Assembly: GCA_016716765.1 (NCBI GenBank)
Contig: JADJVA010000006.1
Location: 407,046 to 471,045, forward strand
Length of the DNA stretch: 64,000 nucleotides
Source: Bdellovibrionales bacterium
GTDB taxonomy: Bacteria; Bdellovibrionota; Bdellovibrionia; Bdellovibrionales; UBA1609
Reading direction: 5' to 3'
A program made the position numbers and the translations under genes. Of this stretch, positions 28,294 to 37,756 are shown in pieces. The first letter of the stretch is position 1, and each line of letters opens with the position of its first letter. The notes beneath the pieces are model-generated. The model had not been told where the DNA came from and ran no database searches. It saw only the letters and a list, made by a program, of their open reading frames with translations.

Positions 28294-28944
28294 CTAGATG
28301 CTTCCAAGATAGGTTGCGATGGCTTGAATTTGAGTGGCATTGAGCTGGCCGCCAAGGCCCATCATCGTTGGAACAGAGCCTATTGCATTGGTTATTTGAG
28401 CGGCCGTGCGGCCTTTTTTTGTGCTAGCTGCGCCAACGCCATGGCAAGAGGAGCAATAGGTGTTATAGAGGACTGTGCCCGAGGGGGCTACAGGCGGCGG
28501 AGGTGGAGTTCCCCCCGGGGTGTTCGGATTGTCAGGCGTCGCGAGGGGGTTTCCGCCCCCAAGAACAATAATCCAGTCTCGGACGAGGCTGGTCTCTGAC
28601 GAGGAGAGTGGTTCCTGTCCTTTTGGCATAGATCCATCAATGATGCTGGTGAAAATTGGGGAGTTTTGGGGGGCACCAGGCAGGATCCAGCCATTTGTGG
28701 TCATGTCTTCAATATTCAATATATCTGGAATAGGCGTTGTCTCAGTCGAAGTAGGATTGTGGCAACTCGAGCATCTATTTTGAAGCACGCTTAAGGCTCC
28801 GGTCGTAATGCGTTCATTGCTCAGCGAGTTTTCATCGACGCTTATTAGCTCGGAATCATGTTTGGACATGCAATTTTGGAATGACAAAATAATCAACGTC
28901 AAAGAAAAAATCCAGGTGTATTTTGATCTAATAAATGAACCCAT
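28294..28944 (-). CDS. Lipoprotein with an N-terminal PSCyt1-like CxxCH domain and a C-terminal class I cytochrome c domain
   Basis: Lipobox SFQNC. CSSCHNP...GAPQNSPIFTSIIDGSMPKG...LVRDWI. Pro-rich linker. CSSCHGVGA...MMGLGGQLNATQIQAIATYL. Confidence 0.65.
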   Translation of the reverse strand: MGSFIRSKYTWIFSLTLIILSFQNCMSKHDSELISVDENSLSNERITTGALSVLQNRCSSCHNPTSTETTPIPDILNIEDMTTNGWILPGAPQNSPIFTSIIDGSMPKGQEPLSSSETSLVRDWIIVLGGGNPLATPDNPNTPGGTPPPPPVAPSGTVLYNTYCSSCHGVGAASTKKGRTAAQITNAIGSVPTMMGLGGQLNATQIQAIATYLGSI

Positions 28945-29211
28945 TTTCGATTCTCCCCTGATTCAGAAAGTTCGTCCCTCTCGTTGCGGATAGCATCTGC
29001 TGCGACTATTTCAGTATGAGCGACAAAGAGCTCATTCCAAAGCCGCCAAATTGAGGCTTGTTCAGGGTGAGACACATTTTCTGTAGATAGTACTTTTGAG
29101 ACAGTGGAGTTCAATCTGCTGCAACAATTGTTTAGAACGTAGACACGAGTGCGGAAGGTGCGGATTATATATTTTTCTGGAGTTATATTTCTCTGTCTGC
29201 GATAATTAGAT

Positions 29212-29628
29212 ATGTGCAATCAGTGGCTAAAATGGACTAAGATTTTTTCAATCATTTTTCTTTCAAGTGCAATGGTCGGTCTATTCCAGAATTGTGCAAA
29301 ATCGAATTCGCAAAAAAGCCAGGAACATGCCTCGGGTGAGGCTGATGTTGGACCAATGTGTGGCATTGAAGGATTCTCCTATCTTCATAAAAACTACTTT
29401 CTCGTTCACTGTTCAAGCTGTCATGCCAAGTCTGGGTTTGCTTTTCCGGCCTTTGCCGATGCGGATGTCACTTCTTCTTTTCAATGGGCCACGTCAATCA
29501 CTGCGAAATCTCTTTGGGATTCCTCCACCAACAATAAGTTTTGCGGTGAAGAATGCAGTCTCAAGCCATCCGATCCACTTTATGGTCACTTGCAGAATTG
29601 GCTAAAAAGTGAAAATTCTTGCGATTAG
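29212..29628 (+). CDS. Small lipoprotein with a single CxxCH motif
   Basis: Lipobox LFQNC. HCSSCHAKSGFAFPAFADAD is paralogous to the N-terminal module of the 25206..26792 product. Confidence 0.55.
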   Translation: MCNQWLKWTKIFSIIFLSSAMVGLFQNCAKSNSQKSQEHASGEADVGPMCGIEGFSYLHKNYFLVHCSSCHAKSGFAFPAFADADVTSSFQWATSITAKSLWDSSTNNKFCGEECSLKPSDPLYGHLQNWLKSENSCD

Positions 29629-29672
29629 ATCTTCCAATTTAAATCTCGTGGGCCAGTTTATTCTGTTTTTAC

Positions 29673-30038
29673 TCAATATTTTAATAGCCGCTGTAAAAAG
29701 CAAACTTTGCTATCTGAAGAAATCAGGCTCTTGTGAGGAGTAAGGAGTTCAATTGCTTGATTCAATTCAAGCTTTACAACCAGCTTAATATTCTTGTGAC
29801 TTTCATCTGTTTCATTGTGCCAATTCCAGAGACCACTTCCTTCCTTTCGTGGACCCAAATTATCCAGAATAGCCAAATTTTCTGACTTCAGAATGGACTC
29901 AAAGGCACTGGTTTTCAGGCCCAAACCAAAGGGTGAGGATGTTTCAAACGCTAAATATTTAAGGCGATATATTTTGTTGGATAAATTCCCATCTTTGTCT
30001 AAATTTTCAATTTCATCTAAGGACATGGGAAGTATCAC
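29673..30038 (-). CDS. Hypothetical protein (121 aa)
   Basis: ORF whose start overlaps the upstream gene's stop (ATGA). No recognisable motif. Confidence 0.4.
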   Translation of the reverse strand: MILPMSLDEIENLDKDGNLSNKIYRLKYLAFETSSPFGLGLKTSAFESILKSENLAILDNLGPRKEGSGLWNWHNETDESHKNIKLVVKLELNQAIELLTPHKSLISSDSKVCFLQRLLKY

Positions 30039-31357
30039 TAAGTTCGAATTATCAGAAAATGAAAATTGAAAAAAGGACAGAGCCCATTCGAGGTCTTCCT
30101 AATTTTCGAATACAAATCCAACATTTGGCAGTTCGAGGCCATGACAATGGACCTCGCTTCAATATTGCGCTGAACATAAGCTGAGAAATTGTACGGAAAG
30201 GAGTTTGTTAGGAAATTGGTCGTTTTATCATCTGGTGACCAATTGCCGCTCAAAGGTATCAAATCTTCACGAGATGCTATTTCTTCAGTTTGCTCCCCCC
30301 TCGGTCGATCCTTTTCGGTGGGCTGGAGTCTGCGCCTAAAGCTCCCTTCGCAGATATCGTGCTTAGAAAAGAACATGCGCAAACCTAACTGGACACTGCC
30401 GTAGTCTGGCACAAAAAAACTGTTCTCGTCAGCTGTTAGATTGGAAAAGCTCAGGAACTCTGGAAAGGAAAGAACTCTTTCAAGGAGAAAGCCTTTTTCT
30501 TTACGATCCATTGCTTGATTGCCGAACTCATGAATTTTCAATCCAATACTGGACAATCTGCTTTCGCTACCATTTTTTTGAATTCTTTCGGTTTCGACAG
30601 CACAATCAACTTCAATTTTCATTTTGGACAAATCACAGCTTTTGCGGTCTAATTCAAAATTGAGTATGTCTATAAACCATTTCCAATATGCTGTTGATCT
30701 GATTTTCTCAGGGCACTGACTCCAAACAACACCAAGCCGTGGCTTTTGAACTTTTTCAGATCGAGGATCGCCTCCCTTGGGGCCGCCAGATATCGCAGAA
30801 TATGTTGATGCATTCAAGAGCTCAGAAGCTTCAGGGGGGTTCCAAAGACCAAGCTCTTGAAGGCGCTCGCTCACGAGCAGACAAGGCTCAGCTTTGTCTG
30901 CGATCTTTGAGGGGTTCAGCTGAAATTCAAGGCAAAACCGGTTGAAGGCATTGAGTATTTCGATTTGAGTTTCTCTCAAGGCCTCGTGTCTTAATTGAAC
31001 AAAAGGTAAATCTCGCGAATTTGGATAAATCCTCCTGCTCTCCTGAGCGCAGCGTTCAGTGAGGTTTTCTACTGGCTGCTGAGGCACACACACCTCACCA
31101 AAAATTTTTCCACAGCGAAAAGAAGAGAAGCTCTTGTCGCACTCTCTGCCCCTCAAAGCACATTTCTTCGAATCCACGCTGGACCTCATCACTCCGCCAA
31201 TCCAACAAGTATGTGTGGTTTCAATTCGATGAGCTTGCCTTTCGAGTCCTAAAGCGATTAAGTCCCAGGCCATGAAACCTACTATAAGACAAGCTGCGAG
31301 AATGCAGCGGCAATGAATGATGTGAGTAATATTTAAATGTCTTTTAAGATCATTCAA
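30038..31357 (-). CDS. Hypothetical membrane-anchored Cys-rich protein (439 aa)
   Basis: N-terminal TM ILAACLIVGFMAWDLIALGL. No recognisable family motif. Confidence 0.45.
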   Translation of the reverse strand: MNDLKRHLNITHIIHCRCILAACLIVGFMAWDLIALGLERQAHRIETTHTCWIGGVMRSSVDSKKCALRGRECDKSFSSFRCGKIFGEVCVPQQPVENLTERCAQESRRIYPNSRDLPFVQLRHEALRETQIEILNAFNRFCLEFQLNPSKIADKAEPCLLVSERLQELGLWNPPEASELLNASTYSAISGGPKGGDPRSEKVQKPRLGVVWSQCPEKIRSTAYWKWFIDILNFELDRKSCDLSKMKIEVDCAVETERIQKNGSESRLSSIGLKIHEFGNQAMDRKEKGFLLERVLSFPEFLSFSNLTADENSFFVPDYGSVQLGLRMFFSKHDICEGSFRRRLQPTEKDRPRGEQTEEIASREDLIPLSGNWSPDDKTTNFLTNSFPYNFSAYVQRNIEARSIVMASNCQMLDLYSKIRKTSNGLCPFFNFHFLIIRT

Positions 31358-31557
31358 TTCGAACTTCCTTTGTTTTTAGAACATAACGAAGCATAGAAAC
31401 ACAGGGGCCGCCACAATGGGGGCGGTTATAGCACAAAATAAACTTTGTAGGAGTGTCGATTGAAAATTATATAGAGTGAAATGAGGAGCTTTGTTTAGGG
31501 AATTGAGTCCTCCGCACCATTTGAGGCGTAGGACTCATCCTGGTTGTGATCGATCAA

Positions 31558-31792
31558 TTAACCGCAGAAATCTTTTAGATTTTTATAGAGCTCAACTCCG
31601 TTTTGGGCTGGTGCCACAACGGTCCTGTACTGTGATTGAATTCGAGCAGAATTTTTACAACTCATAACTTCAGTGAGGCCGTCGACATATTCACCTTCGC
31701 CAGAAGCTAATTCTTGCTTTAGGTTTGAATAGTTGTTGATGACGTAGTTAGCGGCTTCTTGCTCGTTGGCTGCAAAAGAAAGTTGCTTACAT
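31558..31792 (-). pseudogene. DUF3015-like gene, 3' fragment (split by IS3 insertion)
   Basis: Minus-strand frame reads CKQLSFAANEQEAANYVINNYSNLKQELASGEGEYVDGLTEVMSC...FCG*. It joins in frame to the 5' fragment at 33044..33235 once the IS and one TSD copy are removed. Confidence 0.65.
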
Positions 31793-31858
31793 TAGAGTTC
31801 CCCAATAATAGTGGACAGTTTTCTTCGAGCGGTTTAATCAAACCGATAGGAGATAACA

Positions 31859-32119
31859 ATGAGTTCAAAGAGAAGGGCTTTTTCACAAGAGTATAAGGCC
31901 GAAGCCGTTGATTTGGCTGAGAAAATTGGCACAACAAAGGCCTCGGAAGATCTAGGTATAAATCCGGCAAATATTCGTCGATGGAAAATGGAGACTCAAT
32001 CAGGTCGCACCGCTCGCAGCGGTGCGAAAACCTATGAAGAACTGGAGTTTGAGGTTCGAGAACTCAGAAAGGAAAATGAGTACCTGAACAAAGTCAGCGA
32101 TGTTCTAAAAAAAGCCTAG
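31859..32119 (+). CDS. IS3-family transposase OrfA (HTH)
   Basis: FSQEYKAEAVDLAEKIGTTKASEDLGINPANIRRWK with a leucine-zipper-like tail. A7 run at the 3' end (slippery-site position). Confidence 0.8.
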   Translation: MSSKRRAFSQEYKAEAVDLAEKIGTTKASEDLGINPANIRRWKMETQSGRTARSGAKTYEELEFEVRELRKENEYLNKVSDVLKKA

Positions 32120-32152
32120 GATTATATCAAAGGATCAAATGAGAAATTCCAA

Positions 32153-33014
32153 ATGATTTTCGATCTTTCAAATGAAGTTCCTATCATCCGGCTATGCAGA
32201 CACTTTGGAGTGAGTACCAGCGGGTATTACCAGTGGAAAAAGAATGGCCAGTTGAAATCCATGGCGAGAAAAATGGAAATCTGCAAGAAAATTGAGGAGA
32301 TTTTCAACGTGAGTAAAAGTACTTATGGGTCACCTAGGATCTTTCATGAGCTGAGAAGCGAGGGGTTCTCTGTAAGTGAAAATACTGTCGCGAAGTATAT
32401 GAGGGAGATGGGATTGGATGCCAGGTTAAAGAAGAAATATCGAGTGAGAACGACTAATTCGAACCACGAGGGTCCAATTGCTCCACGAGTTTTCAGGATC
32501 GAGGATGATCTGCCTAAAGAGTCTAATCAGGTTTTGGCCGGAGATATAACCTATCTAAGATTTGGATCTCGCTTTTTCTATCTGGCCATAGTTCTCGATG
32601 TTTGTACCCGAAAGTTGTGGGTTGGTCGGTCACTGACAGTTTGGAAACCACCGGAGTCTTAAATGCTCTGCGGATGGCGTTGGCTAATTGCAGAAATAGG
32701 GCGAACATCGTCTTCCACTCGGACCGCGGAATTCAGTACGCGAGCAAATTATTTTGGCTTTGCTGAACAAAATAATGTGATTCCGAGCATGAGTCGCAAG
32801 GGGAAACTGTTACGATAATTCGATTGTTGAGAGTTGGTTCAAGTCATTCAAGTCTGAGTGGCTTTACCGTCATGACTACAAAACAGAAGCGGAGCTGAGA
32901 ACCTTGGTTTTTGAGTATATTGAAATCTGGTACAACAAAAAGAGATTGCATTCATCACTTGGCTATCAGAGTCCTTTAGAGTATGAGTCAACACTAAATG
33001 TAAATGCCGCCTGA
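32153..33014 (+). pseudogene. IS3-family transposase OrfB (DDE integrase core), with at least 3 frameshifts
   Basis: Pieces in three frames: AGDITYLRF...LAIVLDVCTRK / VVGWSVTDSLETTGVLNAL...IVFHSDRGIQYAS / NCYDNSIVESWFKSFKSEW...LHSSLGYQSPLEYE. Confidence 0.8.
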
Positions 33015-33043
33015 GAAACTATCCACTTTTTCTGGGGAATTCC

Positions 33044-33235
33044 ACATCCAATGGTTCCGGTCGTCATGCCGAACGCTGGAGGAACAAACATATTTGTCGT
33101 TCCACGAGTTGTGGTACCAATCATGGTTTCTGAATCAGTTACTTCCCAGCCAAGTCCACATCCGTCCATGGTATCTTTCGCCTGGCTCACCAAAGGGAAG
33201 GCCAACATGATTGCCCCGATAATAATACTGCGCAT
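33044..33235 (-). pseudogene. DUF3015-like gene, 5' fragment (split by IS3 insertion)
   Basis: Signal peptide plus DGCGLGWEV...FGMTTGTIGC. The listed ORF (32966..33235) runs on into IS sequence. Confidence 0.65.
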
Positions 33236-33299
33236 AAGTTCCTCCTTAAGGAATTGTTATTTTTGTATATTAGATACTGTATCTATTCATAACGAGGAA

Positions 33300-35321
33300 T
33301 CAACGGAAATAAGAGATCCATTCAACTCGAATTTCAAACCAAGCGCGCCGATTGAGAGAATGATCGTAGTTCAAAATTGTAGCTTGGCGGAGCTCTTGAT
33401 TTCGGGCTACCGCAAGGGAGTGCTCGACTCGAAATTCATAATCGCGAGCGTTCAGGTTCCAATTTTTTGAATTCCAGAGGATCCTCCCCAGAAGTCGAAT
33501 CTTATAGGGGGCAGAGGGGTTCCAGAGCCATCCGCTTTCTATGCCGGGACGCAGGCGAAATCCACGCGGCAATCTCGAATGTGCTTCCATACGGGCTAGA
33601 CCGAGCGAGTACAGTCGATGGGTCACACCCCCAAGGGAGAGTCCATAGCCGCCTTCGAAACTTCCAACAAGGCAATCCTGACATTCTATTCCCTTTTCTG
33701 TTTCGAAAGCCCAGCGGAGGCGCCAAGAGGGGCTGAGATTAAATTGATTGAGAGGGAAGAGAGAGGTGGAAGAAATCAATCCAAGCTCTTGAATTTTAAT
33801 CGTTTTTTGATCTAATTGGAGCTCTATCCAGGGAAACTCAATCTCTGAAAAAGGAGAGAAGCCTAAATCACTTCCCATGAGATCATGGTAAGCAGATCGA
33901 ATTTTAATTCTCCCAAAGCTGCGAGGCTCAGCCATAGTTCCAGACAGAGAATTGAGGTTTCCCGCACTGGTATGTACGGAATAGGAATCATGGCCGAGGT
34001 CAGTTTGTGACTGTAAATATCTGCTTGGTATTTGGGCTTCAGGAGTTTTTTGAGGATCGCGAGAGCGCAGCAATAGAAGTTTGTTTTCGAGTTTCTGATC
34101 TTCTTCGGACCATTTTTTTTTCTTTTTGGCCTTTAGGTACAGCATAGACAATAGGCCAGTATCGAGAACCTCAGAAGAGAATTGCCTTTCAAAATCGTGT
34201 TCAATCTGAGGTGTTACAAGCTCTTGATAATCCATCTGTTCGCTTTCGGACAGAAGATCATATCGGAGTTCCAACTGATGAAAAAGGGAGGGGCGAAAGT
34301 GAACCTCGCGCACAACTCCGGGGACGGCCTTTATCTGTTTGATCGTCTCGCCTGGTATGACATAAATCCGATGTTGAGTGATCTCCCAATCGGTTCGAAC
34401 AGCCTCAATCGCTCGAAGAATTTGGTAGGAGCAATTTTTGTCAAAAAAATAGTATTTAAAGTGGGAGTTAATTTCAAGCTCCCAAAGGTGTCCAATCAGG
34501 CGATTGGTTTCGATTGCGGTCAGATTTAGGTCATATTCCCATAGGTCACGGCTTTCTGAATTGATGTATTCATTAACTTTTTTGTAGTAGGGTTCGGTTG
34601 ACCAAATTCCGCGATAGCCTCCAAATACTCCCATGTACATAAAAGCAAGGAGATTTGAATCTGGAGGAGTCCATGCAGCAAAATTCACTCCAGTATCAAG
34701 AAGCGCATTTGTTCGCTTTGATCGAATTTTTAAAAAGGTATGTCCAAACATGCTGGCTGGATTGTTTGGATAAGCGCTAGAAAAAACAAGGCTCACTCCG
34801 GTCGGATCTTGGAATCGATTAAGAAAATTCTTAAAAAGAGGGCATTCAACCTCTTGAATTTTAAGTTGAAAGGTGTCTCGAAGTAAACGAAACCTCTCCG
34901 GAAAAGCGCACTGAGGGTGGAGCTTGAGATCCGTCAATTTCAGATCTTGATCAAAGGCCTTGATTGAGGCAATGAGCTCCGCCAAAGGGTTGACCTTGCC
35001 ATCTTGTGCGAAAAAAAAACCAGATCCATCCAGTTCGCTACGATACCCGCCCCGATAAGGGAGATAGTGTACGGCGCGCAACCATGGGGCTGATTGAGCG
35101 AACTGGTCGAGTAGCGCCGACGCAGCGGGAGACGACAGGGCAAATTCAGTTTCACCCGGCTTCTTAAATTCGTTCCTGGTCTGTGGAGTTGCGGATAATA
35201 ACACCAGGAAACTGAAACACAAAATAAAACTATTCGCGAACAACTTCAGTTGTAACAGTGGACCCCTGGTCCTGCCAGTTAACTCTCGAAATCTTTTCAT
35301 CTTGCAGTTCGATGGCTTCAT
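33300..35321 (-). CDS. DUF4105-domain protein (Lnb N-terminal-like periplasmic domain); true start probably near 35243
   Basis: ASMFGHTFLKIRSKR motif typical of DUF4105. Signal peptide LFANSFILCFSFLVLLSA. The longest ORF overlaps the upstream gene, so a TTG/CTG start near 35243 is likely. Confidence 0.6.
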   Translation of the reverse strand: MKPSNCKMKRFRELTGRTRGPLLQLKLFANSFILCFSFLVLLSATPQTRNEFKKPGETEFALSSPAASALLDQFAQSAPWLRAVHYLPYRGGYRSELDGSGFFFAQDGKVNPLAELIASIKAFDQDLKLTDLKLHPQCAFPERFRLLRDTFQLKIQEVECPLFKNFLNRFQDPTGVSLVFSSAYPNNPASMFGHTFLKIRSKRTNALLDTGVNFAAWTPPDSNLLAFMYMGVFGGYRGIWSTEPYYKKVNEYINSESRDLWEYDLNLTAIETNRLIGHLWELEINSHFKYYFFDKNCSYQILRAIEAVRTDWEITQHRIYVIPGETIKQIKAVPGVVREVHFRPSLFHQLELRYDLLSESEQMDYQELVTPQIEHDFERQFSSEVLDTGLLSMLYLKAKKKKKWSEEDQKLENKLLLLRSRDPQKTPEAQIPSRYLQSQTDLGHDSYSVHTSAGNLNSLSGTMAEPRSFGRIKIRSAYHDLMGSDLGFSPFSEIEFPWIELQLDQKTIKIQELGLISSTSLFPLNQFNLSPSWRLRWAFETEKGIECQDCLVGSFEGGYGLSLGGVTHRLYSLGLARMEAHSRLPRGFRLRPGIESGWLWNPSAPYKIRLLGRILWNSKNWNLNARDYEFRVEHSLAVARNQELRQATILNYDHSLNRRAWFEIRVEWISYFR

Positions 35322-35610
35322 TATTGAGGCTCTTCTTAGCTAGGCGCAAGGCATCCGCTCGAAATAGGGCGCGCTGTGCGGTTGTGGGCATGGCCAAATA
35401 AAACCAGCAACTGCCTCCCAGGCCTATTGCGGTGATTATACAGAGCGGTTTAATTGCGCCCTCAATAGGGTAACTCTTTTCCACCTTCACAACTTCGCTT
35501 TGACCTTTTGAGTTGGTCATCTTGCCCTCGTACCCCAAGCGAATTGTCGCGCAGCTTGTGAACGAAAAAACAAGAAGACTCAAAGTAATGGATTCAAAAA
35601 CTGACTTCAC
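35230..35610 (-). CDS. Small lipoprotein (126 aa)
   Basis: Lipobox FSFTSC plus one additional hydrophobic segment. No family recognised. Confidence 0.5.
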   Translation of the reverse strand: MKSVFESITLSLLVFSFTSCATIRLGYEGKMTNSKGQSEVVKVEKSYPIEGAIKPLCIITAIGLGGSCWFYLAMPTTAQRALFRADALRLAKKSLNNEAIELQDEKISRVNWQDQGSTVTTEVVRE

Positions 35611-35657
35611 TATTCCTCCCTTGCAAGAGCCCCCAATCTAGTGAATTCTTTTTTGTT

Positions 35658-36536
35658 ATGAAAGATAAAAAAACATTTTTTTTAATTCTGCGCTTTGGCA
35701 TGCTCATTTTTTTGACAAACCTTGGTTGTTCGAACCTTTTGTACTATCCGACGCGATCGCTTTATGTGGACATGAACAAGTTGAACCCCTTGCCTAAAGA
35801 TGTGTCCTTTGAAATTGAAAAAGGACAGAGCATTCGCGGTTGGTATTTTCAATCTAAAAGCATTCGTCCTCGATCAGTCGTAGTATTTTTTCATGGCAAT
35901 GGACAGAATCGTTCTTCCCACTTTTATTCACTCTATTGGTTGCTCAAAGAGGGTCATGATTTGGCTATTTTCGATTATCCTGGATATGGACAGACAGAGG
36001 GTCAGCCATCTCCTCAGAATACCGTAAAAACAGCCATGGGTGCCATAAACTATGTGCGCAGATTAAAGCCAGAACTTCCCATGATTGTTTACGGCCATAG
36101 CCTCGGCGGGGCGATCGCCATGCGGGCGATTTGGGAGTTGCGATCGGAATTTCTGCCAAAAATTCTCATGGTAGATAGTTCCTTTGTGTCCTATCAAAAG
36201 ACGGCACGGGCGATCATGGCCAAATCTCCATGGACATGGGCGTTCCAGCCCTTTTCGACTTTCTTGTTTAGCGATGAGTGGGCTCCAAGTCATCGAGTTT
36301 CTGATCTGGCCGGAACCAAAATCATTGTCATTCACTCGAAGAAAGATGAGATCATTCCGTTCTCAATGGGCAAAGAAGTTTTTGAGGCAGCCTCCTTTCC
36401 AAAAGAATTCTGGCAAAAGGAAGCTGGCGGTCACAACGAGACCTTTTCTGATCCAGAAGGTGCAATGCTCAAGGGGAGGCTGCTCAATTTACTTTCTGAG
36501 TCCATAAAAAAATGGACTTCCAGTTTGCCTGAATGA
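35658..36536 (+). CDS. Alpha/beta hydrolase (prolyl-oligopeptidase/BAAT-like serine hydrolase)
   Basis: Nucleophile elbow GHSLGG, HGNGQN oxyanion region, C-terminal GGHN. Confidence 0.75.
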   Translation: MKDKKTFFLILRFGMLIFLTNLGCSNLLYYPTRSLYVDMNKLNPLPKDVSFEIEKGQSIRGWYFQSKSIRPRSVVVFFHGNGQNRSSHFYSLYWLLKEGHDLAIFDYPGYGQTEGQPSPQNTVKTAMGAINYVRRLKPELPMIVYGHSLGGAIAMRAIWELRSEFLPKILMVDSSFVSYQKTARAIMAKSPWTWAFQPFSTFLFSDEWAPSHRVSDLAGTKIIVIHSKKDEIIPFSMGKEVFEAASFPKEFWQKEAGGHNETFSDPEGAMLKGRLLNLLSESIKKWTSSLPE

Positions 36537-36568
36537 GATCCGATTAATTCATTTTCGCTGGCCAAGGT

Positions 36569-36593
36569 CCCCTCCTAGAAACCCTAGAGGGGG
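36569..36593 (+). terminator. Possible hairpin terminator after the hydrolase gene
   Basis: CCCCTCCTAG-aaacc-CTAGAGGGGG imperfect stem followed by TTG. The T-tract is weak. Confidence 0.3.
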
Positions 36594-36838
36594 TTGTCCC
36601 GTGACAATTATCGTCTCTTTTTTGACAAAACTTCAGACTAACAATGTCTGCGTCGTTTTGTAGGTTTGCACTCATTATGGGCTATCCATGAGCAGCGACA
36701 GCTAAATTCGACACCCCGAAGGGGTCCAATTGACTAGGCACCGGGATTTGCAAAATGAACGAGGCCCACTCGCGCAGTGGTTTAATTGGGAGTCTCAGGC
36801 CGCAAGGGAGTGTTTTTGTGACCAAAGAATTATGTGGG

Positions 36839-37756
36839 ATGAAAAGAGATAAATTGATGAATGGAAGGTCTAGAAAAGTCTCATTTCTGAGAATGATTTG
36901 CGCCATCATGATTTTTGCCTTGATGTTTGGCAGCCCGCTGGAAAGCGGAGCGCGTGACTCGATCTCTCAAGGAGCACAGGAATCTTCTGTATTAAATGCC
37001 AAATTGACGACAGGCATATCCGAGAAGGACCTGACCTCTGGCTTTTTGACTGAGCCTGCGGATCTACCAGATGTTAAGTTGGAAAATGGAGAGCAGGTCA
37101 GACTCCGTTTGAAAAGTCAAATCGAGCTCCTTTTGTCGCCTCCAGATTTAAGCTTGTCGCCGGAATATCTTAATCTAGATCCCAACTTAAAACAGAAATT
37201 TAACACCAAGCGGTTGGGGATACTGAGGGCTCTTGCAGGCGTTCTATCTAAAGGACGCTTTGTTTTTGGATTGCATGGTTTTGTTAAAGGAAAATACCAT
37301 CAAATTCGAAATCGAGATCAATCTAAAAATGCCGGGGAAAATTTAACAGATATTTTTCCGAGCAATCAGAGGCGTTCGTTGGGAGAACATGGACTTGCTA
37401 TAGTTAGAGATATTGTTGGTGCCGTTGACAAATTTCTCTTTTCTCAAGTGAATCTTCTTATCGAATCAAACGAAGTTGGTTTTGTTATGGGGCTCGCTCC
37501 CATTCTTGAAGCAGGGGCAGCGAAATGGGGTTTTGGTGGGGCGCCCCTATCTGTTTATTTAAGTGTGGGGTACAACTCCCAAGAGAATAGTTATGTTATT
37601 GATATTGCGAGAGGGAGCGAATCATTTGAAAATGCAATGTCTGTCTTTGCTATTGGAGGGCTCAATATACAGACTGGCGTGTATTTGCTTTCCAGCAAGT
37701 CCGAGAGGGATTGGCCGATTCGGCTTGAGTTGACCCACCCAATTCAAAGAAGCTGA
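36839..37756 (+). CDS. Hypothetical secreted protein, 3' end replaced by IS21-like terminal sequence
   Basis: Signal peptide ICAIMIFALMFGSPLESGA. The last ~9 codons (LTHPIQRS*) lie inside the IS terminal repeat that starts at 37731. Confidence 0.45.
   Translation: MKRDKLMNGRSRKVSFLRMICAIMIFALMFGSPLESGARDSISQGAQESSVLNAKLTTGISEKDLTSGFLTEPADLPDVKLENGEQVRLRLKSQIELLLSPPDLSLSPEYLNLDPNLKQKFNTKRLGILRALAGVLSKGRFVFGLHGFVKGKYHQIRNRDQSKNAGENLTDIFPSNQRRSLGEHGLAIVRDIVGAVDKFLFSQVNLLIESNEVGFVMGLAPILEAGAAKWGFGGAPLSVYLSVGYNSQENSYVIDIARGSESFENAMSVFAIGGLNIQTGVYLLSSKSERDWPIRLELTHPIQRS

Larger units (their letters stand above)
31793..33043 (+). mobile_element. IS3-family insertion sequence (about 1.25 kb) with imperfect terminal inverted repeats and a 4-bp ACAT target duplication
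   Basis: Left end ...GAGTTCCCCAATAATAGTGGACAGTTT. Reverse complement of the right end ...GAATTCCCCAGAAAAAGTGGATAGTTT. ACAT at 31789-31792 and 33044-33047. OrfA and OrfB are inside. Confidence 0.8.
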
